A DNA stretch of 64,000 bases from Clostridia bacterium (GTDB lineage: Bacteria; Bacillota; Clostridia; Christensenellales; CAG-138): assembly GCA_017538255.1 (NCBI GenBank), contig JAFYJD010000012.1, positions 5,714 through 69,713 on the forward strand, read 5' to 3'. How positions within the stretch are numbered: position 1 is the stretch's first letter; every line of letters begins with the position of its first letter. The position numbers were made by a program, and so were the translations under genes. The notes under the pieces were generated by a model that had not been told where the DNA came from, searched no databases, and saw only the letters and a program-made list of their open reading frames with translations. Positions 47,826 through 57,205 of the stretch are shown piece by piece.

Positions 47826-48161
47826 TCAAAAGCCGAGGCCGAGACCGCCGGTTACCTTGGACATTTCCTTTTCCATCGTTTCGTCGGCGGTGCGTACTGC
47901 CTCGTTGACGGCGGAAAGAATAAGGTCCTGCAGCATCTCGACATCGTCGGGATCGACAGCCGCGGGGCTGATCTCTATGGATTTGAACTCTCGCCTGCCG
48001 TTGATGATGACCTTGACGGCGCCGCCGCCTACGCTGGTTTCAAACTCGGTATTGCCGACCTCCTCCTGAACGCGCTGAACATTTTCCTGCATCTTTTGCG
48101 CCTGACGCATCAGATCCTGCATATTGCCGCCGCCGGGACGGAAACCGTTGAATTTACCCAT
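47826..48161 (-). CDS. ybaB: nucleoid-associated protein YbaB/EbfC
   Basis: GGNMQDLMRQAQKMQENVQRVQEE...GGGAVKV..NG. Position upstream of recR. Confidence 0.95.
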   Translation of the reverse strand: MGKFNGFRPGGGNMQDLMRQAQKMQENVQRVQEEVGNTEFETSVGGGAVKVIINGRREFKSIEISPAAVDPDDVEMLQDLILSAVNEAVRTADETMEKEMSKVTGGLGLGF

Positions 48162-48199
48162 AGTACAAACTCCTTTATATTTGTGTTGTTGGTTGGAAA

Positions 48200-49301
48200 T
48201 TAGGATTTCATTAGGAACGAGTGTATGAACGCATCAAGATCGCCGTCCATAACCGCCTGGATATTGCCCGTTTCTTCGCCGGTGCGATGATCCTTGACCA
48301 TCGTGTAGGGCTGGAAAACATAACTCCTGATCTGGCTGCCCCATTCGATCTTTTTCATCTCACCCTTGATATCCGCCATCTGCTCCATACGCTCACGCTC
48401 CTTGATCTCAACAAGCTTACCCTTGAGTATGCGCATTGCGACCTCTTTGTTTTGAAGCTGGCTGCGCTCGTTCTGGCATTGTACCACTATGCCCGTGGCA
48501 AGGTGTGTGATGCGAACTGCGGACGAGACCTTGTTGACGTTCTGTCCGCCAGCGCCGCCGGAACGGTAAGTGTCGACCCTGATGTCCTCGGGTCGGATCT
48601 CGATCGAATCGTCGTCATCCTCAAAAATCGGCGTAACATCGAGCGAAGCGAATGAGGTATGACGGCGGCCCGATGAATCGAAGGGGGAGATGCGCACAAG
48701 ACGGTGCACGCCCTTTTCCGCTTTTAGATAGCCGTAGGCGTTATCACCCTGGCATTCAAAAGTAACGGACTTTATGCCCGCTTCGTCGCCGTCGAGCAGA
48801 TCGAGTTCTTTGACGGTAAAGCCGCATCTGTCGCAATAGCGGGTGTACATACGGTAGAGCATACTTACCCAGTCCTGCGCTTCCGTGCCGCCTGCGCCCG
48901 CGTGCAGACTTAAAACAGCGTTCGCTCCGTCATACGGGCCGCGCATCATAGCGGCGATGCGGAAGTCCTCCGCTTGACGGACAAACTCGTTAAGTTCGTT
49001 AACGGCTTCGTCGGCGGTCGCCTGATCGTCCTCTTCTTCGGCCATTTCAAAGAGCGTTTCCACATCCTCGGCCGTTGAAAGCAGTTTGTCGTATTTGTCA
49101 AGTTTGTTATGAATCGTCTTGACACGCTGATTTACTTTGTTCGCCGCGTCAACGTCGTTCCAAAAGCCTTCTTCGGACATCTTGTCCTCAAGTTCCTGTC
49201 TTTCCTTTTTGAGCCCCTCCAGGTCAAAGGGATTCACCCGCCTGTTTAAGGGCTGCAATGGTCGCCGCAAGCTGCTGGCGATATTCGTCTAAAAGAACCA
49301 T
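48200..49301 (-). CDS. prfB: peptide chain release factor 2, expressed through a programmed +1 frameshift
   Basis: ORF0 starts at ATG 49301 (RBS GAAAGGAA) and encodes 25 codons MVLLDEYRQQLAATIAALKQAGESL. An in-frame TGA (49226-49224) follows within CTT TGA C. A +1 shift joins to DLEGLKKERQ... in the 48200..49270 frame, which carries the SPF and GGQ (SGGAGGQNVN) motifs. Confidence 0.95.
49223..49229 (-). promoter_or_regulatory. prfB +1 frameshift site CUU UGA C
   Basis: Minus-strand CTTTGAC preceded by the SD-like GGGTGA (gcgggtgaatcCCTTTGAC). Confidence 0.9.
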
Positions 49302-49329
49302 TGTCGTTTCCTTTCAAAAATTATTCTGT

Positions 49330-49644
49330 TTATCGATCACAACGATTGTATTTTTTCGTCGCATAGATCATCATAATCATTCCGATTGCAAAAGTCGCAA
49401 TAAAGAATATCCGGCCCCACATGGACAGCGTGCCGTAGTCAAAAACGCCGGTCAGGATGATGCCGATGCCAATAATTATCAGCGCTTTGCCGATGACAGC
49501 GGTGAACGCGGGGGTGTTCTCTGCGGAAACTTTGGAAGAATTGATACTGCTTATCAAAGATATCTTTTGCTTTTTCCAGATGACGAGACCCATTATTATG
49601 AATACGGTCCCGACGACGCTCAACAGTATCAGTTCAAACAGCAT
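49330..49644 (-). CDS. small 3-TM membrane protein (possibly DUF3784-like)
   Basis: MLFELILLSVVGTVFIIMGLVIW... has three hydrophobic helices. It lies between argS and prfB on the same strand. Confidence 0.5.
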   Translation of the reverse strand: MLFELILLSVVGTVFIIMGLVIWKKQKISLISSINSSKVSAENTPAFTAVIGKALIIIGIGIILTGVFDYGTLSMWGRIFFIATFAIGMIMMIYATKKYNRCDR

Positions 49645-49654
49645 CGCACACCTC

Positions 49655-51370
49655 CTACATGCGTTCGGGCGCTTCGAGTCCGATGAGATAGAGCCCTACG
49701 CGAATGGCGGTGCGAGCGGCTTCCGTAAGCGCAAGCCGCGCATTACGAACTTTGGCATCGTTTTCCATGATCCTGTTGTCGTAGTAAAATCTGTTGAAAC
49801 AGGAGCAGATCTCAATGACCCTGCGCGAGATAAGATAGGGTTCGTATTTTTCCGCGGCCTGACGGACGGTCTCGGGCAGCGCGTCGATCGCACGCAGCAG
49901 ACTGCCGCTTGCTTCATCGGTAAGTACGGAGTAATCGAGCCGATCAATATCGAAGTCAACATCAAAGCCCGCTTCGCGTGCCTTGCGCAGGACGGAGCAG
50001 CTTCTTGCGTAGGTATACTGGGCATAAGGTCCGGTCTCACCGTCAAAGTTGAGCGATTTATCCCAACTGAAGGTGTAATCCTTGATGCGGTTGTTGTAAA
50101 GCACGCTGAAAACGAGCGCGCCGACGCCGACCTGACGGGCGACGATCTCTTTATTCTCAAGATTCGGGCTCTTTTCTTTGATTATTGCGAGCGTCTTTTC
50201 GATCGCGGTGTTGAGCACGTCTTCAAGGTATATCGCGTTGCCTTTTCTTGTGGAGAAAGTCGCGTCCTCCATACTGATCATGCCAAAGTTGACGTGCACG
50301 CAATCCTTCGCCCAATCATAGCCCATCAATTCAAGAACCTTGAATACCTGGCTGAAGTGCAGATTCTGCTGGTATGCGACCACATACAGCGATTTATAAA
50401 AATCGTAAGAATCCTTGCGGTACTTTGCGGCGGCGATATCACGGGTCGCATAGATAGTGCTGCCGTCGCTTTTTAGGATGATGCAAGGGGGCATATCATA
50501 CTCGGAAAGATCAACGATGGTCATGCCGTTATCGATCTTGGAGATGCCCTTGTCCTTAAGTTCTTCGATGACTGCGGGCATCTTGTCCTCGTAGAAAGAT
50601 TCACCGTTATAACTGTCGAATTCGATGCCGAGAAGGTCATAAACGCGGGCAACATCCCTGAGAGTTACCTCTTTGAACCATTGGAACAGTTTCCAATCCG
50701 CGGGCGTATGTTGTTCGATGCGGTGGAAAGCGGCGCGCGCCTCATCGTTGAGAGAGGGGTCAAGTTCGGCTTCCTCGTGGAACTTAACGTACAGCGCAAC
50801 GAGTTCGCGCATAGAATCGCCGTTTTCGATCTTTTCACGGTCGCCCCAGCGGTTGTATGCAACTATCATCTTGCCGAACTGAGTTCCCCAGTCGCCGAGA
50901 TGATTTATACTGACGGTTTTGAAACCAAGATGGTCGTAGATTCGCTTTAATGAATTACCGAGCACCGTGGTAGTGATATGGTGGATGCCGAAGGGCTTGG
51001 CGATATTGATCGAAGAATACTCGACGCATACATTCTTTCCAGCGCCGTAGGTACTCGAAGCATAGCCGTCCTTCTCATTGAGAACGCGGCTCACAACGGT
51101 TTTCGCAAAGCGCGAACGGTCGGTAAAAAAGTTGAGATATCCGCCGACCGGCTCGATACGTGAAAAACCGTCGATATCGCCGAGTTTCTCAAACAGTTCT
51201 TGGGCGATGACGGGAGGGGCTTTGCGAAGCGACTTAGCAAGTTTGAAGCAGGGCAGAGCAAGATCGCCGATCTCGGGATTCGGCGGTGTTTCAATCATCT
51301 CTTCAAATTGATCAAAAGGTATACCCGTTGCGCGCTCAAGAGCGTTGCAAAGACTTGTCTTGAAGTCCAT
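49655..51370 (-). CDS. argS: arginine--tRNA ligase
   Basis: Class I HIGH-type motif (FGIHHITTT region) and C-terminal DALR anticodon-binding region. 571 aa. Confidence 0.95.
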   Translation of the reverse strand: MDFKTSLCNALERATGIPFDQFEEMIETPPNPEIGDLALPCFKLAKSLRKAPPVIAQELFEKLGDIDGFSRIEPVGGYLNFFTDRSRFAKTVVSRVLNEKDGYASSTYGAGKNVCVEYSSINIAKPFGIHHITTTVLGNSLKRIYDHLGFKTVSINHLGDWGTQFGKMIVAYNRWGDREKIENGDSMRELVALYVKFHEEAELDPSLNDEARAAFHRIEQHTPADWKLFQWFKEVTLRDVARVYDLLGIEFDSYNGESFYEDKMPAVIEELKDKGISKIDNGMTIVDLSEYDMPPCIILKSDGSTIYATRDIAAAKYRKDSYDFYKSLYVVAYQQNLHFSQVFKVLELMGYDWAKDCVHVNFGMISMEDATFSTRKGNAIYLEDVLNTAIEKTLAIIKEKSPNLENKEIVARQVGVGALVFSVLYNNRIKDYTFSWDKSLNFDGETGPYAQYTYARSCSVLRKAREAGFDVDFDIDRLDYSVLTDEASGSLLRAIDALPETVRQAAEKYEPYLISRRVIEICSCFNRFYYDNRIMENDAKVRNARLALTEAARTAIRVGLYLIGLEAPERM

Positions 51371-51530
51371 AATCAGTCTCCTTTTAGGGATATTAACATA
51401 TCTTTTTGATTATATCATAATTTCTTGCTTTGCACAATTGCCAAACGGGTGATTATTTGATATAATTACCAAAACATGCTATGCAACAGAGGTTATTCCC
51501 GCATAAATGAAACGGAGGTGTTGTGCGGAT

Positions 51531-52394
51531 ATGTCAAACAAACCCAAACACTACTATTTGACCGATGAGCAAAAGCGCAAAAAAAGAAAGCGGCATAATC
51601 TCATCATCTATATAGTTTCAGCAGTACTTATCCTTTCGGGTATATATATAATCATCAACGACCAGACTCTGTTTTTCAAGCGGATCGAGAATAAGCTCGT
51701 TGGAACAGGCGATATGCCTACTTTGCCTCCGGGCGATCCTAACATTACTTTGGGGTATGATACAGAGTCGCCCAAGCACGTTATGCCGACGCTTCCGCCG
51801 CACGGCACAGATACGCAGACCCCGGACAATGAGTATACAACGCCGGCAGGCGACATCACGCCGGTGCCGACTCCCGAAGCAACGCCGGTGCCGAATACAT
51901 ATCCTTATGCGCCTAAATACGTCCATTTTGTCGGCCACGACGTCAGTTGCCCAATAGATCCTGTCGGGCTTGATTCAAACGGACAAATGTACGTTGTCAA
52001 AAGCGCTTTCCGTGCGGGATGGTACAAAAACAGCGGCGATCCTATACACGGAGGCAATATCATCATAGCGGGACATAACAGATACAGCAGCAAACTCGGC
52101 TATTTCTCAATAATCAAAGACCGGATGAAGGTTGGAGATATGGTGATACTCGAGATGCATAACGGAGAGTACGCCTACTATATGGTCGAATCCATCGAAC
52201 AGTACCCGTATGACGATGTACCGGATTCGGTTATGACGACGGGCGGCAAAAACCGACTTACGCTCATCACATGCTTGGGAGATTACAGTTTCCTTATCCA
52301 TACTTCACGACACAGGGTCATCGCAATATGCGCACCAGTAGTCTTTGAAAGAAGCGATCGTGAGCCACCTCCAAACGAAACGCCTTTTGGCTGA
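51531..52394 (+). CDS. sortase-family transpeptidase with an N-terminal TM anchor and a Pro/Thr-rich stalk
   Basis: Catalytic triad context IIIAGHNRY (His), LTLITC (Cys), SRHRVIA (Arg). Start ATG 51531 after GGAGGTG. Confidence 0.8.
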   Translation: MSNKPKHYYLTDEQKRKKRKRHNLIIYIVSAVLILSGIYIIINDQTLFFKRIENKLVGTGDMPTLPPGDPNITLGYDTESPKHVMPTLPPHGTDTQTPDNEYTTPAGDITPVPTPEATPVPNTYPYAPKYVHFVGHDVSCPIDPVGLDSNGQMYVVKSAFRAGWYKNSGDPIHGGNIIIAGHNRYSSKLGYFSIIKDRMKVGDMVILEMHNGEYAYYMVESIEQYPYDDVPDSVMTTGGKNRLTLITCLGDYSFLIHTSRHRVIAICAPVVFERSDREPPPNETPFG

Positions 52395-52453
52395 TGATCG
52401 CCGCACACACAAAATCATAAATTACAATAATTTTCCACTATAAGGAGGTTAAT

Positions 52454-53200
52454 ATGTCCGGACATTCCAAATGGGCAAACATTAAAAACAAAAAAGAAAA
52501 GACCGATTCCCAGCGTGGTAAGATATTTACCAAGATCGGCAGAGAGATCGCAATAGCCGTTAAAGAGGGCGGCGGCGATCCCGCAAACAACTCCAAACTC
52601 AGGGATGTTATCGCCAAAGCAAAGGCGAACAATATGCCCAACGACAACATCACTCGCTCAATCAAGAAGGCGGCGGGCGAACTCGGCTCCATCAACTATG
52701 AAAGCGGCAGTTATGAGGGTTACGGTCCCGGCGGCGTTGCGGTTATCGTCGAAGTCCTTACCGACAACAAGAACCGCACCGCTGCGGAGATACGTCATCT
52801 TTTCGATAAATACGGCAACGGCATGGGCAACTCCGGCTGCGTTGCTTGGATGTTCGACCGCAAGGGTCATATCGTCATTGAGCGCAGCGCAACGATAGAC
52901 GAGGACGAACTTATGATGAAAGCGATCGACGCGGGCGCCGAAGATTTTCAGGCGCTTGACGATTGCTTCGAGGTTTTTACCGCTCCGAACGATTTCTCGA
53001 CAGTACGCGAGGCGCTTGAGAGCGCTGGCTATACCTTCATCTCCGCAGAGAGCGAGATGATCCCGTCGAACACCGTCGATGTTTCCGATGATGAGACCGT
53101 TGCAAAGATCGAACGTATGCTTGAAATGTTCGAGGATAACGACGATGTTCAGGAGGTCTTCCATAACGCTATCCTTCCAGATATAGAGGAAGAAGACTGA
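52454..53200 (+). CDS. yebC: YebC/PmpR-family transcriptional regulator
   Basis: MSGHSKWANIKNKKEKTDSQRGKIFTK. Confidence 0.95.
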   Translation: MSGHSKWANIKNKKEKTDSQRGKIFTKIGREIAIAVKEGGGDPANNSKLRDVIAKAKANNMPNDNITRSIKKAAGELGSINYESGSYEGYGPGGVAVIVEVLTDNKNRTAAEIRHLFDKYGNGMGNSGCVAWMFDRKGHIVIERSATIDEDELMMKAIDAGAEDFQALDDCFEVFTAPNDFSTVREALESAGYTFISAESEMIPSNTVDVSDDETVAKIERMLEMFEDNDDVQEVFHNAILPDIEEED

Positions 53201-53212
53201 TTCGAGTTTGTG

Positions 53213-53240
53213 TCCGCGCCGCATACGCGGCGCGGATTTA
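53213..53240 (+). terminator. GC-rich hairpin after yebC (terminator or stabiliser, short U-run)
   Basis: tccgcgccgc (53213-53222), loop atac, gcggcgcgga (53227-53236), then ttta. Confidence 0.45.
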
Positions 53241-53259
53241 ATGCGCAAGGGAGATAGAA

Positions 53260-54027
53260 GTGATCAAAATATTCAGAAAAAAGGCTGATACTAAAAAAGC
53301 AATCGCATTTGTTGATTACGAATATTGGTTTTATTCGTATATGAACAAATACAGTATGCGACCCGACCCGTCCGCTTGGCGGCAGGAACTTGAAAAGCAA
53401 TTTAAACTTATTGATATAATGATTTTTGCCGATTTTAATTCACCGAATATCGGTGAGGAACTTGCAGGGCTTCGCAGCATTACCAATACAATAATCGAAA
53501 CCGGAACCGCTACCCAAGTGCGTAAGAAGGATATGACAGACTTCGTTATGCTCGATTATATCTATCAAAGCGTTGGCGACCGTTCCGATGTAGGCACCTA
53601 CATAATATTCACGGGCGACGGACATTTTCAGTCTGTCATAAAGTATCTCAGCCAAAAATGCGGCAAAAATGTTGTCGTCTACGGCGTTGAATCAACATTC
53701 AGCAAACGCCTGCAGGCGGTTTCATCCAATACCGTTCTGCTGCCGGGCAAAGAGGAACTGGACGGTTTCTATTCTAAAATGATCATAAAGCATTTTGCGC
53801 GTCTGAACAACAAACGCAATATCATACCGACTTTTTGGGATACCGTTGAAGCCGTTTCCAAATACAACAATGTCTCGCGCGATGCCGTAAAGTCTTCGCT
53901 TCTTAAACTTATAGCAAGTGAGTACATAAACCAAAAAGAGATCAAGACCGGCAAAGAAAACGTGCGGATACTCGCGCCCGATTGGGATAAAATGCGCAGA
54001 GATAAGTTCTACGATCTCCAACAGTAG
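53260..54027 (+). CDS. NYN/LabA-like domain protein with a C-terminal helical (OST-HTH/LOTUS-like) region
   Basis: IAFVDYEYW...YIIFTGDGHFQSVIKYLSQKCGKNVVVYGV matches the LabA/NYN pattern. GTG start after AAGGGAGA. Confidence 0.65.
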   Translation: MIKIFRKKADTKKAIAFVDYEYWFYSYMNKYSMRPDPSAWRQELEKQFKLIDIMIFADFNSPNIGEELAGLRSITNTIIETGTATQVRKKDMTDFVMLDYIYQSVGDRSDVGTYIIFTGDGHFQSVIKYLSQKCGKNVVVYGVESTFSKRLQAVSSNTVLLPGKEELDGFYSKMIIKHFARLNNKRNIIPTFWDTVEAVSKYNNVSRDAVKSSLLKLIASEYINQKEIKTGKENVRILAPDWDKMRRDKFYDLQQ

Positions 54028-54043
54028 ACAGATAAATCTATAA

Positions 54044-54079
54044 GACCGCAGTCCTTCAACCGAACTGCGGTCGTTTTTA
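54044..54079. terminator. bidirectional rho-independent terminator
   Basis: gaccgcagt / actgcggtc stem followed by ttttt, between convergent genes. Confidence 0.7.
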
Positions 54080-54772
54080 TCAGAAGAACAGTTTCTTTTT
54101 TAGCGATTCCTTAAGCGGTTTGCAGATTGCGATGACTATCAAGCCCATACCGATAATAAAACAGCCGATAAGAGGGAAGTACGACCAACGAAGCGTTCCG
54201 CCGCCGAAGGTCAGCCCGATAAGCATTTCAAGCAGCACCATAAACACGCCGTGGGCGATTATTGCGCCTCCGAAGATATAGAGCCTGCCTCGGTAAACAT
54301 ATTTAAGTAAACAGACTACCGTTGATACGATCAAAGCGCTTGTGCCGATAACAGGGCAGGCGAACTTCAAAAACCAACCGCCACCAGTTTTCAGCGATAT
54401 GTAGTGAACAAACAGCAGCGCAGCAAGATAATCGCATGGAACAAATATAACGGGATTGGGGCGCTTGAACCAAAGTGGCAGAAATACGATTATGTACAAA
54501 AGCATCACACCGCCGATGGCATAGCCTGCCCAGTTTTTTGCGTCGGGTACGCTGAAAAGGCAGATGACAAGTTGAGCTATCACCGCAATAAACGCTATAG
54601 AGATAATGAACATCAACCCGGTTCGGCTGAACTTGATATCGGTTTCTTCGCTCGACGGAAAGATTGGCTCGACCTTTTCGCGTATGATATCTGGATGATA
54701 GACACTTGTGCCGCAGAGCGGGCAAATATTTTCCGAATCGGCAAGCTCAACGCCGCATTTAACACAGAACAT
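54080..54772 (-). CDS. zinc-ribbon membrane protein (N-terminal CxxC...CxxC, about 6 TM)
   Basis: MFCVKCGVELADSENICPLCGT followed by six hydrophobic helices. Start ATG 54772 after AAAGGA. It begins 26 nt after the upstream gene's stop. Confidence 0.7.
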   Translation of the reverse strand: MFCVKCGVELADSENICPLCGTSVYHPDIIREKVEPIFPSSEETDIKFSRTGLMFIISIAFIAVIAQLVICLFSVPDAKNWAGYAIGGVMLLYIIVFLPLWFKRPNPVIFVPCDYLAALLFVHYISLKTGGGWFLKFACPVIGTSALIVSTVVCLLKYVYRGRLYIFGGAIIAHGVFMVLLEMLIGLTFGGGTLRWSYFPLIGCFIIGMGLIVIAICKPLKESLKKKLFF

Positions 54773-54798
54773 AGTATCGTCCTTTCGTAAAAGCAAAT

Positions 54799-57000
54799 TC
54801 AGTATAATTCGGTATCCACGGCATAACCGCTGTCAATAAGGCTTTGTAGATTGCTTTCGACCTTTATGTCGACGCCGAGTGCGCGCAACGTATGATAGAA
54901 ACGCATTTCAAGCGCCGGCTCGACAGTGTTTCGGATAAAGTTGAGATAGAGTTTCCCGCCGTAGGACACTATCCCGCAATTATTCGGTTTTGTAGCCTGC
55001 ACGCCCAAAACAAAATCAAATCGCGCCACATATTCCTTCATAATTTCGGGCAGATCGACAGCGCCGAGGTTGGAAAGATTCAAGCAATTAGTCTTTTCGC
55101 CTACAGTATCGTATACTAATTTCATTGCGATGTTCTTGATAAAAAGCGGCATAATCCTCAAAACTGGATTTCGCTCCGCGTTTACATTGGGAGTAAACAT
55201 CGACTGAAGATTCTTCTTCGTGATAAGCACGCCGAGTTGATGCTTAACTGATGAAAAGATCTCCTCGGGCGAATAATCACCCATACGCGGATCGATCTCC
55301 GGCATAACAACGTGGACGAAATTGCGCAGAGTGTTCAATCCGAACAATGTGCGAAGATTCACCGGCACGACAACGCGAAGCGGCTTTTGCTTACGTTTGT
55401 CGGGTATCTGCTCGTTCTGTAAAGTTTGTAAAGCATAGAGCATCGCGCCTGTTAAAAATACCGTCAAACTTACTCCGTAGCGCTTGGCGGAAGTTAAAGC
55501 GTTTTCGGTATCTATAATAAATGTTGTCAAGTGGCGTATATTGCCCTTTTCGGGCGTACAGCGAATGCGGTAAACGGTGCTTGCGTTCCTTTTTGCGCTT
55601 ATAGTGCCCGCATTCTTTGAAAATCCGTCCTCTAATTCTTCTTTGCGCGGCTCTTCGAGCCTGTCAAGCACACCCTTTACGCAGGGAATAGTTATACCGT
55701 GCTTTTGCTCCAAATACTCAGCAATGAGCGATTTCAAAAAAACCATACCACCGTTGCCGTCGGTGAGCGCGTGATAAAACTCTATGGCAATCCTGCACCT
55801 ATGCACGATTACACGAAGCGCGCATCTGTTTATGCTGTCAAACGGAGTATGTGCAAGCGGCCATGGCTTCTCGTCGGATATTTCGGGCGCGCGCTCAAGC
55901 TCCTCAAGGTAGTACCAGAATACGCCGTGACAAAGCCGAACGGCGATCGACGGAAAGCGGCGCATCGTAACGTCCATTGCGCTTTTCAATAACTCGCGAT
56001 CTACTTCTTCATTGAGCGTAGCAGACAGACGGAAAAAATTGTTCCAGTTTCGGCGCTTTGCAGCCGGATATATCTTTGCGGCATTGTCAAGCCGCATCCA
56101 GCGCAGTTTGCGCTTGTTGGCAGCTTTATCTGTAATAAATTCCTCAATAAGTCTGAAATCATTCCTGTGTTCCCTCAGACAATACAGAAGGTATGCGTGC
56201 CACATACCGTCGGCAATATGCAGTTTGCTCTTAACTCCGCATTCGATAAGCTTATTGTTAAGACGCTTTGAATCGTCGAGCAGCACTTCATCACCGCCAA
56301 CAAAAATAAGCGACGGCGGCATGCCGTAGAGATCGCCAAACAAAGGCGAAACGAGAGGGGCGGCGGGTGCGTCGGTATAGCATTCGGCATAATTGTCCAG
56401 CGTTTCTTTGCACAGGCTCGGATCGCACTCGGCGTTTGCCGTTAAACTGTCCCCGCTTTGAGTCAGATCGACCCACGGAGATATCGCAACGATGCCTGCG
56501 GGCAAAGGAATCCTGCATTCTTTCAGTTTCAAGCAAAGGCTGTAGCACAAGCCGCCGCCAGCGCTCTCACCACATAGAACGATCTTTCCGGGAAGATAAC
56601 TGAGAGTCAACAGATATCTATATGCTTCGAGCGCATCCTCTACTGCGGCGGGAAATCGGTGCTCGGGGGCAAGTCTGTATGCGGCGCAATAGACCTTTAC
56701 GCCGCACTCCGAAGCAAGTACGGATGCAAAACCCTTGGCGTAATCAAGGCTGCCGCAGGTATAGCCGCCGCCGTGCAGATACAGTATGACGCCGTCGGTT
56801 CTTTCGTCAACAGGCGCAGCGAGCGCAATCGATATCCTCGGATGATCTATATCCGAGATAACAACCTGTTTTCTTCGCATTTTGGACATAATGATGCCAA
56901 GCCTGTCCTGACCTTTGCGTATGGACTCGATTGAGCCCGCGGATGTGATAGGCTTCATCATCTGCAGTTGTTTTCGGATGATCTTTTCTGAAAACTCCAT
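54799..57000 (-). CDS. fusion protein: HSL-family alpha/beta-hydrolase (esterase/lipase) plus a condensation/WS-DGAT/PapA5-like acyltransferase domain
   Basis: N-terminal half: oxyanion HGGGY (LYLHGGGYTCG), nucleophile GESAGG, DEVLLDD, WHAY. C-terminal half: WMRLDNAAKIYPA and catalytic HxxxDG (EFYHALTDGNGG). Confidence 0.75.
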   Translation of the reverse strand: MEFSEKIIRKQLQMMKPITSAGSIESIRKGQDRLGIIMSKMRRKQVVISDIDHPRISIALAAPVDERTDGVILYLHGGGYTCGSLDYAKGFASVLASECGVKVYCAAYRLAPEHRFPAAVEDALEAYRYLLTLSYLPGKIVLCGESAGGGLCYSLCLKLKECRIPLPAGIVAISPWVDLTQSGDSLTANAECDPSLCKETLDNYAECYTDAPAAPLVSPLFGDLYGMPPSLIFVGGDEVLLDDSKRLNNKLIECGVKSKLHIADGMWHAYLLYCLREHRNDFRLIEEFITDKAANKRKLRWMRLDNAAKIYPAAKRRNWNNFFRLSATLNEEVDRELLKSAMDVTMRRFPSIAVRLCHGVFWYYLEELERAPEISDEKPWPLAHTPFDSINRCALRVIVHRCRIAIEFYHALTDGNGGMVFLKSLIAEYLEQKHGITIPCVKGVLDRLEEPRKEELEDGFSKNAGTISAKRNASTVYRIRCTPEKGNIRHLTTFIIDTENALTSAKRYGVSLTVFLTGAMLYALQTLQNEQIPDKRKQKPLRVVVPVNLRTLFGLNTLRNFVHVVMPEIDPRMGDYSPEEIFSSVKHQLGVLITKKNLQSMFTPNVNAERNPVLRIMPLFIKNIAMKLVYDTVGEKTNCLNLSNLGAVDLPEIMKEYVARFDFVLGVQATKPNNCGIVSYGGKLYLNFIRNTVEPALEMRFYHTLRALGVDIKVESNLQSLIDSGYAVDTELY

Positions 57001-57205
57001 ATCTCGCCTTTTAAATTACGGACTTTTGTGCGCGCACAACGAACATATTTTAGCACAGTTTGCTGTCAAATGCAATCAAACTACAGGATATAATTATCGA
57101 AATATCCCACGCTGCAAAAGCCGGAAAACCTTGACAAGCGACGGAATAATTATTTATAATATCAGTTAGGGTAATTTGCTCTTATCAAATCAAGGGAGAA
57201 TGTAT

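Noticed and set aside
51371-51500. A T-box riboswitch upstream of argS.
   Set aside because: A good promoter (TTGTGC-17-TATAAT on the minus strand) leaves only about 35 nt of 5' UTR. No T-box consensus or terminator/antiterminator pair is present.
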